Shown here: one piece after another, positions 47,734 to 58,803 of the stretch
How the letters are laid out: each line of letters opens with the position of its first letter
Numbering within the stretch: the first letter of the stretch is position 1
Assembly: GCA_004431415.1 (NCBI GenBank)
Contig: QPMI01000651.1
Span: 124,001 to 188,000, forward strand
Direction: 5' to 3'
Source of the DNA: Cyanophora paradoxa CCMP329
Taxonomy: Eukaryota > Plantae > Glaucophyta
DNA: 64,000 nt
The notes under the pieces: generated by a model
What the model saw: the letters and a program-made list of their open reading frames with translations, nothing else
Databases searched by the model: none
What the model was told of the DNA's origin: nothing
Position numbers and translations under genes: made by a program

Positions 47734-49100
47734 ATGGATATCACTTCCACTCTTCAAAGACTTTCGCTGAAAGAAGCCCTAACAACCCCAGAGGAGGCGA
47801 AAGCCTTTTTCCTGGATAACTCCCTTATGCTTGGTCTCGAATCCAAGTCTAAGCCAGTTCTAGTTGTTGTGAATCCCAGCAATACTTTTGAGAATAATGT
47901 TGGAAATCGCATTTCCTTCAAGCTACCTCGCTACAATTTCTGTGGAAAACTCGAACTTGCTTTCGACCTTCCAGCCATCACTTTTGCTGGTGATACGGAC
48001 CTTGTTCGCAATGGATACACTCGCCCTGTTGGTGCTTTAGTTCAGCGACTTGAAATTACCTATGGATCTTACACCTACCACATTCCTTCTGATTTCCTTG
48101 CTCATTTCCCCTGGTCTATTATTCGGAGGATCAACTAGCTAAAAAGAAACGCTCAATGGGCATGGTTCATGGTATCCCTGCTCATGGAACCAACCGACTT
48201 GGTGGCTCATTTTTCGTTGAAATCCCTGTGCCTTGGCTAAATCACTATCTTCCCCTTGGTGCTTTATCTGGTGAAATGGTTGTTACTGTTTGGTTTAAGG
48301 ATGCTGATAAGGGTTATGTTGAAACTTCCTATGGTGGTCGTGAACTCACAACTGCTGTTGGAACTGTTGATGCAACTGCTGATGATGGTCTTGGAAACTT
48401 TACAGATGGAACCCTTGCCCATGTTGGTCAAAATATCACAACTTTCAGTCTTGGTGCAACAACCCCTGTCATTTCTATTACTTCTCCTCGCCTTTACATG
48501 CATGCTATTAATGTTTCTGATGAGCTTTTCGCTACTGTAATTGAAAAAGTAAAGACTACTGGCATGGCTATTCCTGCTCTAGACATTGGATTTGTAGATG
48601 CTAGTGCTTTCCCTGCCAAGGGCAATGCCCAACCCAATCGAATTAACCTCTCTCAAATCTCAGGTCTTGTATATGCTCTGCTTGTTTCAGTTCGTGATAA
48701 TGCAACTGTTGATAAATCCAATGGCTCCCACAGTGTTCTTAAGACTTATGCCAACTCCAAAGACATAACATTCACAACTGAAATAAATGGACAGCGACTT
48801 TTTGCCACTGAGCCAATTTCCCTACTCAAAGGTGCTGAGCTAATTGCTGATGCCTTCAAATGCTCTAACATGGACAAGGTTGCTGATCGCTATGTCCTTT
48901 CAGGACTCCCATTCTGCCTTGATGGAGAAAAGGCAATTCGAAATATTGCCCAGTCTGGTTATGTTGATTTAACAAATTCCTCTTCTTCCTTCCTCACCCT
49001 CTACATGCCTTCAGATAAGGTAATCGATGTTAATGTTCGCGCTCTCATGCATTCGTTCATAATTGTAGACAAAGATGGATTACGTCGTATAAATTTGTAG
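47734..49100 (+). CDS. Major capsid protein, element B (one frameshift near 48105)
   Basis: Two ORFs together are highly similar to 23091-24488. Confidence 0.85.
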
Positions 49101-49165
49101 ATTGTTACGATTTTCAGTCTCCCTGCATTATTTTTATCTGTCTTTATGTAGAAAGATATACAACA

Positions 49166-49948
49166 ATGAATGATCTGGAAGAATTTAATGCTGGTGAAAT
49201 GATAGAACCACCATTTCGTGTATTGGCAATCGGGAAATCAGCCACTGGTAAATCAGAAGCTGTAAAGTATTGGTTAAAGCAGTTACATGATGCCAAAAAG
49301 ATTGATGTTGTTTTAGTTGTGAGTGGAACCAGCTTCAATCATTTCTGGGATAAAGTGGCAACACTGCAACTGGGAAAATGGGATGCCCCTTACATTGCTA
49401 AATTGCTAGATGAGAGGCAAGAGAAAATAGAAAAGGGTGAGCCTGTTAACCAGTTATGTGTAGTTTTAGATGATTTAATCGATAATGAGATAGTCGATCT
49501 CACAAGGGATAAAATAATCGGATCTCTGTATTCCAGAGGTCGCCATTCGAAAATATCCATTATCTGCATCACACAAAAGCTAAGGAAAGTCTCGTCGACT
49601 ATTCGAGTTAATTCTGACTATGCTATGTTTCTCAGTGCTGCTAATCGCAAAGAACTTGAAGCCATAGAGGAAGAATACAATATAATGCGAAATAAAGAGG
49701 ATTTCTACAAGATGTTTGAAGAGTATGTTCACTCCTATCAATATATCATTTGGTCCTCTGCAAACTACTCAGTTAAATACTATGTAGATAAAGCTGAGCT
49801 TGTGAAAGATTTCCCATTTCCTCGCTTCCACAGGAAGCCAAAAAAGAAAGAGGATGAACTGAAACCACCAGAAAAAGAGGAAGCCCCCAAAGAAGTGAAA
49901 AGCCAAGTCCATAGCAATAAATTGATGCGATATAAACGCGGTTTATAA
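49166..49948 (+). CDS. Packaging ATPase (A32/FtsK-like), element B
   Basis: Walker A GKSATGKS, Walker B VVLDD, RGRH..IS....TQ, IRVN. Confidence 0.92.
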   Translation: MNDLEEFNAGEMIEPPFRVLAIGKSATGKSEAVKYWLKQLHDAKKIDVVLVVSGTSFNHFWDKVATLQLGKWDAPYIAKLLDERQEKIEKGEPVNQLCVVLDDLIDNEIVDLTRDKIIGSLYSRGRHSKISIICITQKLRKVSSTIRVNSDYAMFLSAANRKELEAIEEEYNIMRNKEDFYKMFEEYVHSYQYIIWSSANYSVKYYVDKAELVKDFPFPRFHRKPKKKEDELKPPEKEEAPKEVKSQVHSNKLMRYKRGL

Positions 49949-49976
49949 AATTATCTCTCATTCTAATAAAGATACA

Positions 49977-50711
49977 ATGCCTCCCAAACGAAAGATAGGG
50001 ATTCCAGCTGGGGCTGTTGGCTATTCAGGTGGTGGAAACAATGGATCCATTAACACAGATCCACTGAAGTTCAATGGTATGAATGAGGTAAAGCCCTCAC
50101 AGCAAGAAGAGGACCCTCTTAATGCTGCCTATGAGGAATCAGTCGATGACAAAGCCCCACAAGCTTCAACCAGTGACCAACTCAACATCTCACCTGAAGC
50201 TTCGAAAATGAAAGCTGTTGCTGAGGGTGCCAGGCGAATTATTGGTGCTGCTGATGATAAAGGTTTAGGCTTGCAAGATCTGTCATTGGCTCGCAAAGGT
50301 GAAGGTCTTAGTAAGGAATCAGACAAGGTAATCCAGTCTATGGCTGGTGAAGTCACATATAAGACTGCTCCCACTCAAAATATTCATCGAATTCCCAAGG
50401 CTCAATGGGATGAGATGACTGCTAAACTCAAAGACTTGGAAGCCAAATCCAGTGCCTTGGAGCAGTATGTTACTGAGAAGAAAGAGAGAGCTAAGCTAAA
50501 GGAGATGCTTCGAAAGGAAGTTTATAAAATGGGTATTACTGGTGTCCCAGATAAACAGTTTATTGCTAAGAAAGAGACCCAAATCGATGAGCAGGCAGTA
50601 GATGAAATGAAAACAAAGACCCAAAAGGGAACTATTGAACCTGGTGCCACCAAAGCTGAAGTAGAAAAGGGAGTAGCCCCAGCAGTATATAAAAGACGAG
50701 TTTGGCTTTAA
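49977..50711 (+). CDS. Conserved hypothetical viral protein (244 aa)
   Basis: Orthologue of 25327-26058. Confidence 0.85.
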   Translation: MPPKRKIGIPAGAVGYSGGGNNGSINTDPLKFNGMNEVKPSQQEEDPLNAAYEESVDDKAPQASTSDQLNISPEASKMKAVAEGARRIIGAADDKGLGLQDLSLARKGEGLSKESDKVIQSMAGEVTYKTAPTQNIHRIPKAQWDEMTAKLKDLEAKSSALEQYVTEKKERAKLKEMLRKEVYKMGITGVPDKQFIAKKETQIDEQAVDEMKTKTQKGTIEPGATKAEVEKGVAPAVYKRRVWL

Positions 50712-50733
50712 TTATCTCTGTTTTATTAGAGAT

Positions 50734-51015
50734 ATGGACATAATACGAAAGTTCTTCGAGATGTTCAGTCTGCATGTGGTGAGCAATTGCCACAGTGGAT
50801 GTTGTGAGACAACAGTGGAGTTTGAGATGTCAGATAATGAGGATAATGCCTCAGAAGCAAGAGAGAGAAGGAGGTCTACAGTTTCTGTGGAGTCAATGCC
50901 AACAGACCCCACAGAGTATACATATGAGCAACAGGAGCAACAGGAGTATCCAAGGAGAAGTTCTCTGCCAGCAGAAAACGTTTTCTCTGGGAATATAAAT
51001 GGAGGACACTATTAG
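50734..51015 (+). CDS. Small Cys-containing viral protein
   Basis: Orthologue of 26085-26303. Confidence 0.7.
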   Translation: MDIIRKFFEMFSLHVVSNCHSGCCETTVEFEMSDNEDNASEARERRRSTVSVESMPTDPTEYTYEQQEQQEYPRRSSLPAENVFSGNINGGHY

Positions 51016-51244
51016 TTTAATCGAGTTTACCAGTGATGAACCTCTTACTGAGGGTTCTATTAGACACATTCTAGCAATGCAGAAACGATATAGAGACGAC
51101 CCAGCATATAGAGAGTATAAGAAGCAACAAGCCCTGGCATCCTATTATCGCAGAAAAGCCCAAAAAGAGGAGCAGAGACCCAGAGGAAGACCGATTAAAT
51201 ATTATTTGCCAACTGAAAGTAGCAATGGACCCCCAGGTCTATAA
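50999..51244 (+). CDS. Small basic viral protein with RGRP
   Basis: Orthologue of 26512-26748. Confidence 0.72.
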   Translation: MEDTISLIEFTSDEPLTEGSIRHILAMQKRYRDDPAYREYKKQQALASYYRRKAQKEEQRPRGRPIKYYLPTESSNGPPGL

Positions 51245-51621
51245 GATAATTGAGAAAAAGCGGTCTCAGTATGCAACTGAGGCAGCTATAAAAATATATA
51301 CAAAGGAATTGGCTTTATACTTGCAATCAAGTCACAGATAACTTTTGTAAATATGCTTTTGTTGTTTTTTGTTTGCATTCTCAGACACTGAAACAGTTAT
51401 GTGAATGTTTACTGATCTATTTCTCTTTGATTTTGCTGCATACACATTGTAACCTATCAATCTCTGTGACATTTCGATATATGCCCCTATATCTCCATGT
51501 TTAATGCATTTATCTAACTCAATCATGGTCATTTCTTCAAGAGCCTTTGCCATTTTGTCTTCACTATACACAATCAAGTAAGCTTTAAGTATTCTTGTCA
51601 AATTTTGGTCTTTTTCGATAG

Positions 51622-51712
51622 GTGTCACAGGTGTTCACAGGTTTTTATCGTCCCCTGGTCATTTTTCTTTTTATAGCCCCCTAGATGGGATGGACCTGTG
51701 ACACCTGTGAAC
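51622..51712. repeat. Internal iteron palindrome of element B
   Basis: GTGTCACAGGTGTTCACAGG...TGGGATGGACCTGTGACACCTGTGA, matching the TIR units. Confidence 0.8.
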
Positions 51713-51773
51713 AACACCATTTCCAGTAAGGCTATAAAAAATACATATACATTTCAATCATAAATCGTTTTGT

Positions 51774-54101
51774 TTAATATTCAACATCCTCTCCATTGTC
51801 TTCTTGAACCCTTGTTATCTTTCGAAGTCCAATGTAGCCCCTTGCTCTGGTTCCCTGAATTCGTTTAACCTCTGATTTCACATTGAAGATTTCCCTTACT
51901 CTCTTCATCACAGAAACACATTCAACTTTATCATCGACACTTCTGTATGATTTGTAAATGATATCACTCGAAACAAAGTCGTTTGCATTATGGGTAACTT
52001 CGAAATTATCCCTAAGCCATTCACCAATCTTATCATTTTCAGCTATAAAGTTTATTCCCTGTTCAATAATCGATTGAGGGGGATTTCTTAAGATCTCTTC
52101 AACCTCTTTGTTCTTCCACATATCCAGTAATATCTTCATGTGAGCCATCTTATACTCATCATCATTGTGTAGAAGTGTGAACAGTGTTGGGTCAGCTTTC
52201 TTCTGACCAGCTTCAGGCTTCTCTCTGAATATATTATTGAATCTCTGGTATGAAAGTCTTCTTTGAATTGCAAAGTCTGGTTTATTTATAGTCAAATTGT
52301 CATTAGTTGTAATGTAAACCTGGAACATTGGAGTGAGGATTACTGGGTCTTTGAACAAGGCTCTCACAGTCATTTCATTTCCACCTGTGACCTCCTTAAT
52401 TTTGGAGATCTGCAGTTTATCACCATCTTCAGCCTCATTACTGAATACAAGTCGCTTTCCAAGGAGTTTGGCAAGTTCAGGAGTAGCATCTGATGAGTTC
52501 TTTTTAGGTTTGGTCCAATAGGATATTTCGAGAGGGCTATAATAAGCCCCTGAAATCTGTTTGCAGTATTCCTGAACAAGTGATTTACCATTTGCACCAG
52601 CACCAGTCCACATGTAGAACTTCTGTGATTTTGTTGATCCACTGAGGGCAATTGCAATAGATGCCAGAAGGTAGTTTCGCTCTGCTGGATCATCTACAAT
52701 CTCTCTATAAATCTGATTGAGATGGTCTACTTTCTTGGGGTCTACATTCTCAGTATAATCATAACCCACACTCTTGCTCACCATATCTTCCAGTTTCCCC
52801 TTTCTGAAAGTCATAGTTGTCAGATCAAATACACCATTATCGAATCCAATTACATATGGAACTGTATCAATCTTTTCATAGAATTCATCATCATTCAGCA
52901 GAGGGAGCAGATCAGTCAGAAGGGATTTGCGATATCCTGATTGTTTAAGATTTTTGGCAATAGAAATTAATGTTTTCGATTTCTCTTCGAAAGCTGTTCT
53001 ATTCTCTTCATCCTTCAAAGCTCTTTGGCTATAATGCACAGCCCTGCCAAGGTATTGAGGGACAACAAGGCAACTTATGTCTAGGTAAATCTTTTGGTTT
53101 GTGTCATCATGCTCCCAAATCCCAGTATCAGTATTGAGTTTGAACCATGACTTTTTGGAGTATCTCCAAGTATGTTGTAGTACCTCTTTGCACACAAGAC
53201 TGACATCATAATGAGCGCCTCCAGAACCAGCGGACTTATCAATGAGATTGAAGATATCAGATTGCATTCCAATGAAGATAAATCGTTTTTTGCAATTGCC
53301 ACTGTAGCTGGACACAATATACTTTTTATCTTCTCCTTTGGCTTTCATAACATACCAGTTATTCGATTCATGGGACCCATTGCAGCATGGGCAATTAAGT
53401 CCCTTATTAGCAGCATCAAAGTTAAAGCCCAGTTCAGTTTGAGAGATTATATTGGGATGCATAAAGCCCATATCCACCAGCTCTTTAAGAATACTCTTTT
53501 CCAATGCATCATGTGAGGTAGCATTAGCAGTATACTCACTCTTATAGATATAGTTCTCTGCAATCCACTTTTTAAACTCATCAGTAGGCTCATTGAAATC
53601 ACAGGTATCATCCCATGGAGCAATTACCCAGGTCTTGTTGACACTGGGACAAACATTAATTAATCCAGAAGTTCCAGTTCCAGTGATTGTTTTCAGGTCA
53701 ACCTTTTCAAAGCCTTTAAAGCCTGGAGCCTTATCGGTGATTTTGAGTTTAGTGAACTCCTCAGGTCGTTTAAAGTAGACATGATAGCCTTTTTTAGTTT
53801 TTGCCATGGGCTGATTGGCATCAAAGTCATCAGGAAACATATCCCGGAATTTCTCAAAGTTCTCCTCATCATCAAAGTCAATAACCATCATGTTGTCTGA
53901 GAGCAGAATGCCCCAAGATACATACTGATTAGTTGCCAGCGCTTCCTCATACTTTTCCCAGGACCAAGCACCTCCCTTATGCTTGAAAACAGGGTCTTTG
54001 CTGTCAGGTTTCACTGGGATAATCATGTTTTTGGCTAGATCCTCATCAGATCTGAGCCAGTTAGCGAGCGATTTGAGCGATTTAGTCTGTTTGGCGTTCA
54101 T
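51774..54101 (-). CDS. Prim-Pol / D5-like SF3 primase-helicase, element B (775 aa)
   Basis: VIDFD, KTKKGYHVYF, CPCC..H, IGFDNGVFDL, GAGANGKS, FSNE, KEVTGG. Winged-helix-like C-terminus. Confidence 0.92.
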   Translation of the reverse strand: MNAKQTKSLKSLANWLRSDEDLAKNMIIPVKPDSKDPVFKHKGGAWSWEKYEEALATNQYVSWGILLSDNMMVIDFDDEENFEKFRDMFPDDFDANQPMAKTKKGYHVYFKRPEEFTKLKITDKAPGFKGFEKVDLKTITGTGTSGLINVCPSVNKTWVIAPWDDTCDFNEPTDEFKKWIAENYIYKSEYTANATSHDALEKSILKELVDMGFMHPNIISQTELGFNFDAANKGLNCPCCNGSHESNNWYVMKAKGEDKKYIVSSYSGNCKKRFIFIGMQSDIFNLIDKSAGSGGAHYDVSLVCKEVLQHTWRYSKKSWFKLNTDTGIWEHDDTNQKIYLDISCLVVPQYLGRAVHYSQRALKDEENRTAFEEKSKTLISIAKNLKQSGYRKSLLTDLLPLLNDDEFYEKIDTVPYVIGFDNGVFDLTTMTFRKGKLEDMVSKSVGYDYTENVDPKKVDHLNQIYREIVDDPAERNYLLASIAIALSGSTKSQKFYMWTGAGANGKSLVQEYCKQISGAYYSPLEISYWTKPKKNSSDATPELAKLLGKRLVFSNEAEDGDKLQISKIKEVTGGNEMTVRALFKDPVILTPMFQVYITTNDNLTINKPDFAIQRRLSYQRFNNIFREKPEAGQKKADPTLFTLLHNDDEYKMAHMKILLDMWKNKEVEEILRNPPQSIIEQGINFIAENDKIGEWLRDNFEVTHNANDFVSSDIIYKSYRSVDDKVECVSVMKRVREIFNVKSEVKRIQGTRARGYIGLRKITRVQEDNGEDVEY

Positions 54102-54120
54102 TTTCAGCGATTGGGGGTCC

Positions 54121-54158
54121 CTTTTATATATATAGAAGATTTTTCTTTAAGTAGTTTT
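54121..54158 (-). promoter_or_regulatory. Repeated putative promoter (AAAACTACTTAAAGA...CTATATATATAAAAG); copies at 54585-54620 and 55449-55486
   Basis: The 54121 and 55449 copies differ at 1 of 38 bases. Each copy lies just upstream of an ATG of three consecutive minus-strand genes. Confidence 0.75.
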
Positions 54159-54314
54159 GGGTCCCCCAATCATTTTTTGTTGGAAATCGAGAAAGTTTCC
54201 CTACGAAATATTTCCACACGACTTATCGAGTGGTTTAGATACAAAAAGGATGAATGGGTATTTCAGCGAATAAACAGCATATCCCCAGCCTAGTAATATG
54301 CTGGGAAAAATAAT

Positions 54315-54569
54315 TTAGACATGTTTCGATTTTCTCCCTCTGTTTGAGTAAGGGACATCATACAAATACTTGACAAAGCAGACTGCATTGGCTGCATACT
54401 TTCGCTGACATGAACTTGCAATTTTCATTGCTCTATAGGTATCATCTGTTTGATATAGATCTCTAAGCTGTGTGGCTATTTTTTCGTTAAACTTTTTGAT
54501 TTGAGCCTTACCTTTTTCAGTTTGCTGGTACCTCTTCATAGCTCTCTTCTGGGCTTCACTGAGTGGCAT
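54315..54569 (-). CDS. Small basic hypothetical protein
   Basis: ATG ORF preceded by the repeated promoter motif. Confidence 0.65.
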   Translation of the reverse strand: MPLSEAQKRAMKRYQQTEKGKAQIKKFNEKIATQLRDLYQTDDTYRAMKIASSCQRKYAANAVCFVKYLYDVPYSNRGRKSKHV

Positions 54570-54625
54570 TTTTCCTCTGTCTCTCTTAATATATATAGAG
54601 AATTCTTTAAATCATTTTTTGTTCT

Positions 54626-55444
54626 TTAACCTCTCTGTCCAAATCTCTCAATATACATAAGTTTGAAATGCTTACCTAGCAATGCTACAAATGGTTCGAT
54701 TTCCAAGGTCTCCCATGTTTTCTTGTCCTTATTCCATCTGCAATCTAATCCTTTTGCGATATCTTTTTTAAGAAAAGGCACCTGAAACCCAGCAACCAAT
54801 GTGTTTGTTGTACTGAGTTCTGCGTACATTTCAATCAATGCAGATCTACCCTCTCTGAACCTCTCTATATCATCTCTGCGAAGATTATCCATTTTTGGAA
54901 TGAACTGGTTGCACCAAATCAGGAAAAGATTAACTGCATGTCTATTCCTTGCTCTTTCTTGTTCTAATTCTCTCTGCCTTCGCTCTCTTTCTTCTAATTC
55001 AAGTTGTTTCTTTCGCTCCTCTGCTTCTTTCTGGATTTGCTTTTTTCTTTCCAATTCCTCCTCCTTTATGATAATCCTGCACTTATTGCAGAAATTATCC
55101 TTACGGTTTTTATGTCGATCTCCGCATTTCTTGCATATATCTTCCCTCCTTGCACCATTTGGCATAAATCGTTTAATGCAGCAGTTGCCAACAAGAACCA
55201 CAATCTTTTTATCCACATGCAAGATGTAGCATTGTTCTTCAATATGATGCTTGCAAGCACAGCTGTTTGAGTGTGGAGGAAGGCTTTCGTGAGTCAAATC
55301 ATACTTTGCAAGTTTCAAATACAAAGAGTTCATATATTTGCTTCTCCCCAAAGCGACAAAGTCTTTAAAGTTATTAGATCCACAAAGAAACATTAATGTA
55401 GCCTTCAAGCGTTCCAGAGAAGATGTTGCTTTGTTCTCTGCCAT
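54626..55444 (-). CDS. Cys-rich zinc-binding / coiled-coil hypothetical protein (272 aa)
   Basis: CACKH..., VGNCCIKRF, CKKC...CNKC and an E/K/R-rich helix. Preceded by the promoter motif. Confidence 0.75.
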   Translation of the reverse strand: MAENKATSSLERLKATLMFLCGSNNFKDFVALGRSKYMNSLYLKLAKYDLTHESLPPHSNSCACKHHIEEQCYILHVDKKIVVLVGNCCIKRFMPNGARREDICKKCGDRHKNRKDNFCNKCRIIIKEEELERKKQIQKEAEERKKQLELEERERRQRELEQERARNRHAVNLFLIWCNQFIPKMDNLRRDDIERFREGRSALIEMYAELSTTNTLVAGFQVPFLKKDIAKGLDCRWNKDKKTWETLEIEPFVALLGKHFKLMYIERFGQRG

Positions 55445-55555
55445 TGTCCTTTTATATATATAGAAGATATTTCTTTAAGTAGTTTTCATCAAATTTTTGC
55501 GTTCGGAATATCCCCATTTAAAACCTCCCCTTTTAGTAGGAACAAGTTAGGAACT

Positions 55556-58500
55556 ATGCCCCGAATTAGCAACAGACTCATTAGAGAGAAGAAATGGGAA
55601 CTCATGGGATTACTGGGAACACTGTATGCAGCCCATGAAATTACAGAGGCTGAATATGACCGGGAAATCGGATTTATTTCAAGGGGCAGACCCACTTTAG
55701 CGAAATTAACCAGAAAAGCCAATAACCTCTATGATAAAGTTGAAACTCTTGATGAACTCGATCGCCTGAGGCAAATAGAACCAGAGGCAGAAGATGGTAC
55801 AGCAATGAATGAATTATATCGCTGGCTCACTTACAGAGCCAGAAGGGAAGTTGTTGTTGATGTGATTGAATATTTAGATAGAATTGCAACCTCTCTACCA
55901 AAACGTTTAAGAGACAGTCTAGATCAATTCAGGGCAATCAAAGTTCGCTTATCGTTTATCTGCAAGTTCGTAAAAGTCAGCAATCCACAGGTTTGGATAT
56001 CGAAATACATTTACAGCGATTATTTTGTATTAACCAAATCGAGAAATATTCGAACTGAGCTGAATAAAGCAGCCCAAATGTGTCAGGAGCAGATGAATGT
56101 TGTTGATAGCTATCGATTGGAGAGAATCGAAATGCTCAGAGTTGCTATTATGAGTTATGCCCCAACTGGTGGTTGCTATGTTAAAACACCTGATTCAATT
56201 GCAGCCAAGAGAGCCACAGTGAATATTCGAAATATTGATGATTCTTGCTTCGAAAATGCAGTTTTGGCATGGATCCATAGGAAAGATGTGAATTCCCACA
56301 AGAGAAGTGAGCTAACACAATATCGCAAATGGAAATACTCACCAACTACATACAATCCTCTGGCTCTCAATTTCGATAACATCCCATTCCCTGTTCCCTG
56401 TGATGCTGAAATCATTGATAAATTCGAATCTCAAAATGCAGGCATCAGCATAAACATATTTGGAATGGATCGAGATGTTATATATCCCCTACATCAATCC
56501 AGCAACCCAGGCAGAAAGCAAAAGATTAATCTCATGCTCATTCATGATGATGAAGGGAATGGTCACTATATTACAATCATGTCCCTTTCAAGACTTCTCA
56601 GAGTTGCCCTTGATAAAACCAAGGATCAAAAGTTACACTACTGTGACACATGCTTATCTCGATTCAGGTCTGAGGCTAAACTCACTGCTCATGTGGACTC
56701 AAACAGATGCATTGATTGGAGACTCTCAAAGGGAATCACTCCTAAGCCTGAGACCACCATAGAGTTTGGACTGAAAAACCTCAGGAAAACTGTGTGGCTT
56801 CCTGTTGTGGTATACTGCAAGATTGAACATAGAAGCATCCCCATTGATGCATCAAAATCCAAGAGAGAAGTCTCAGCAGTCAACCTGAGAGTAGTCACTG
56901 GGGCAGATGTTCAGGAGTTTCGATTTGAGGGTCAGGATCCAATGGGAGGTCTCTTTGAATGCTTGGAGTCCAAAGCAAGAGAACTAATCGATTTTCTGTT
57001 TACCAATATTCCAATGAATGAACTCACAGATGAGCAAAAGGCTGTTTACAGGGCTACCAAACACTGTTACCTTTGCAGTGAGAGGTTCACTAAGGAAAAC
57101 TTCAAATGCAGGGATCATGATCACCACACAGGTCATTACATTGCCCCTGCATGCAGAAACTGCAATCTCCATAGGAGAATCTCAAAGCAAACCAAAGTTG
57201 CAGTTGTTGTTGATCAAATGGATGACTGTGGGACATTCATTTTCAGAAAAATAGCAGGCATGGGTGATAAAAAGCGAATCGAAATCCTTTCGAAAAACTT
57301 TGATCAATATCTTTCATTGCAATGGGGTCTTTACAAGTTCATTGATGCAAGCAATTTCATGGATTTCGGAGCTGCTGATGTAAATGAATTAATGAACAAA
57401 TTCCAGGCTTTTAGAAGGCTTTCACACTCAGTATATGGACTTGACCCAGTTCATTATGTATCTGCACCTGGGCTATCTTGGGATGCTATGTTAAGGACCA
57501 CCAAGGCAAAAATAGAACTCATCAGTGATGTAGAGCAATATGAATTTGTTGAGAGGGGAATCAGGGGTGGCTTTGCAACAATGCCTTGTAGGTATGCTGA
57601 GGCTGATGGTGAGAACTCCCATATTATGCTGTTTGATGCTAACAACTTGTATGGCTACTGCTTGAGTCAGCCTATTCCAGTTGGTGATTTTAGATGGGAG
57701 ACCGAATTCAACCCACAAGATAACAGATCCAGTTTCCTGGAAGTTGATCTGGATTACCCAATTAGGCTGTTTCTAGATCACAGTGATTTCCCCCTAATTA
57801 TAAACAAGAAAATAGTAGAATATGCAGAATTATCACAATATCAAAAGAGCCTATTGGATCTCTCAGGAGAAGAGCTTGATAAGACCCCTAAGCTAACTGC
57901 AACCTTTGGTTCTGTGACAAACTATGTGATTTCTGAGCCTCTTCTACAGTATATTCTGACCAAAGGTGTGAAACTAAAGAAGGTTCACAGGGTCCTATCA
58001 TTTACTGTGGCTCCTGTAATGAAACCCTACATTGAGCTGAACACTGATATGAGAAGGAAAGCAGTGAATAAATTCGAGGCTGATTTCTATAAACTCATGA
58101 ATAACTCAATCTATGGGAAATGCATTGAATCATGTAGAGGTAGATCTGTGGTTAAGATTGCCAACAGTGAGAAACTGTTTATGAAATATGCAGCCTCTCC
58201 TTTAGTGAAATCAACAAGTCCCATAAGTGAAAGGGCAGTTGCCTTTGAGTTTTACACAAAGCATGTGAAGCTAGATAAGCCTGTTGCAATTGGGGCTTAT
58301 GTTTTGGATACTGCCAAACTGCATAACTACAAGTTCTTCTATGATACTGTAAGGTCCCAGTGGGCAAAAGCAAAGTTACATTCCATGATACTGATTCCTT
58401 TTGTCTATATATCGAATCTCAGACCCTCCAAAAAGACCTAGAGAATATATCCTTTAATCTGGACTTAGGGGGATCTAACAGAATGACCCCAGGTAAATAC

Positions 58501-58800
58501 AAAAATGAGATGCCAGGTTCTGCTATATTGGAGTATGTAGGTCTGAGAGCCAAAGTTTACAGTTTCAGAACTGCTGAGATTGAGAGAAGTAAGCTATCTG
58601 GGACTTCCACTGAGGAACTCCAATTCAATGATTTTAAGGAGTGTTTATTTGCAGGTATCAGCAAGACTGTGACTGCAAAGCAGAAAAGAAGGGCAGATCA
58701 CACAATAATAGATACTGTGAGTAGAAGGGTTGCCCTAAACTGCTTTGATGCAAAGAGATACATCTTACCAGATGGTATTAATTCTGTTCCTTTTAATTAA
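55556..58800 (+). CDS. Protein-primed-type family B DNA polymerase, element B (1-bp frameshift near 58379)
   Basis: FDANNLYG and KLMNNSIYGK in ORF 55556-58441. HDTDS and GLRAKVY in ORF 58360-58800. Confidence 0.92.
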
Positions 58801-58803
58801 GAG

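Noticed and set aside
58360-58441. Programmed frameshift in pPolB or MCP of B
   Set aside because: The orthologues in A are uninterrupted and no slippery heptamer is evident. Simple indels or sequencing errors are more likely.
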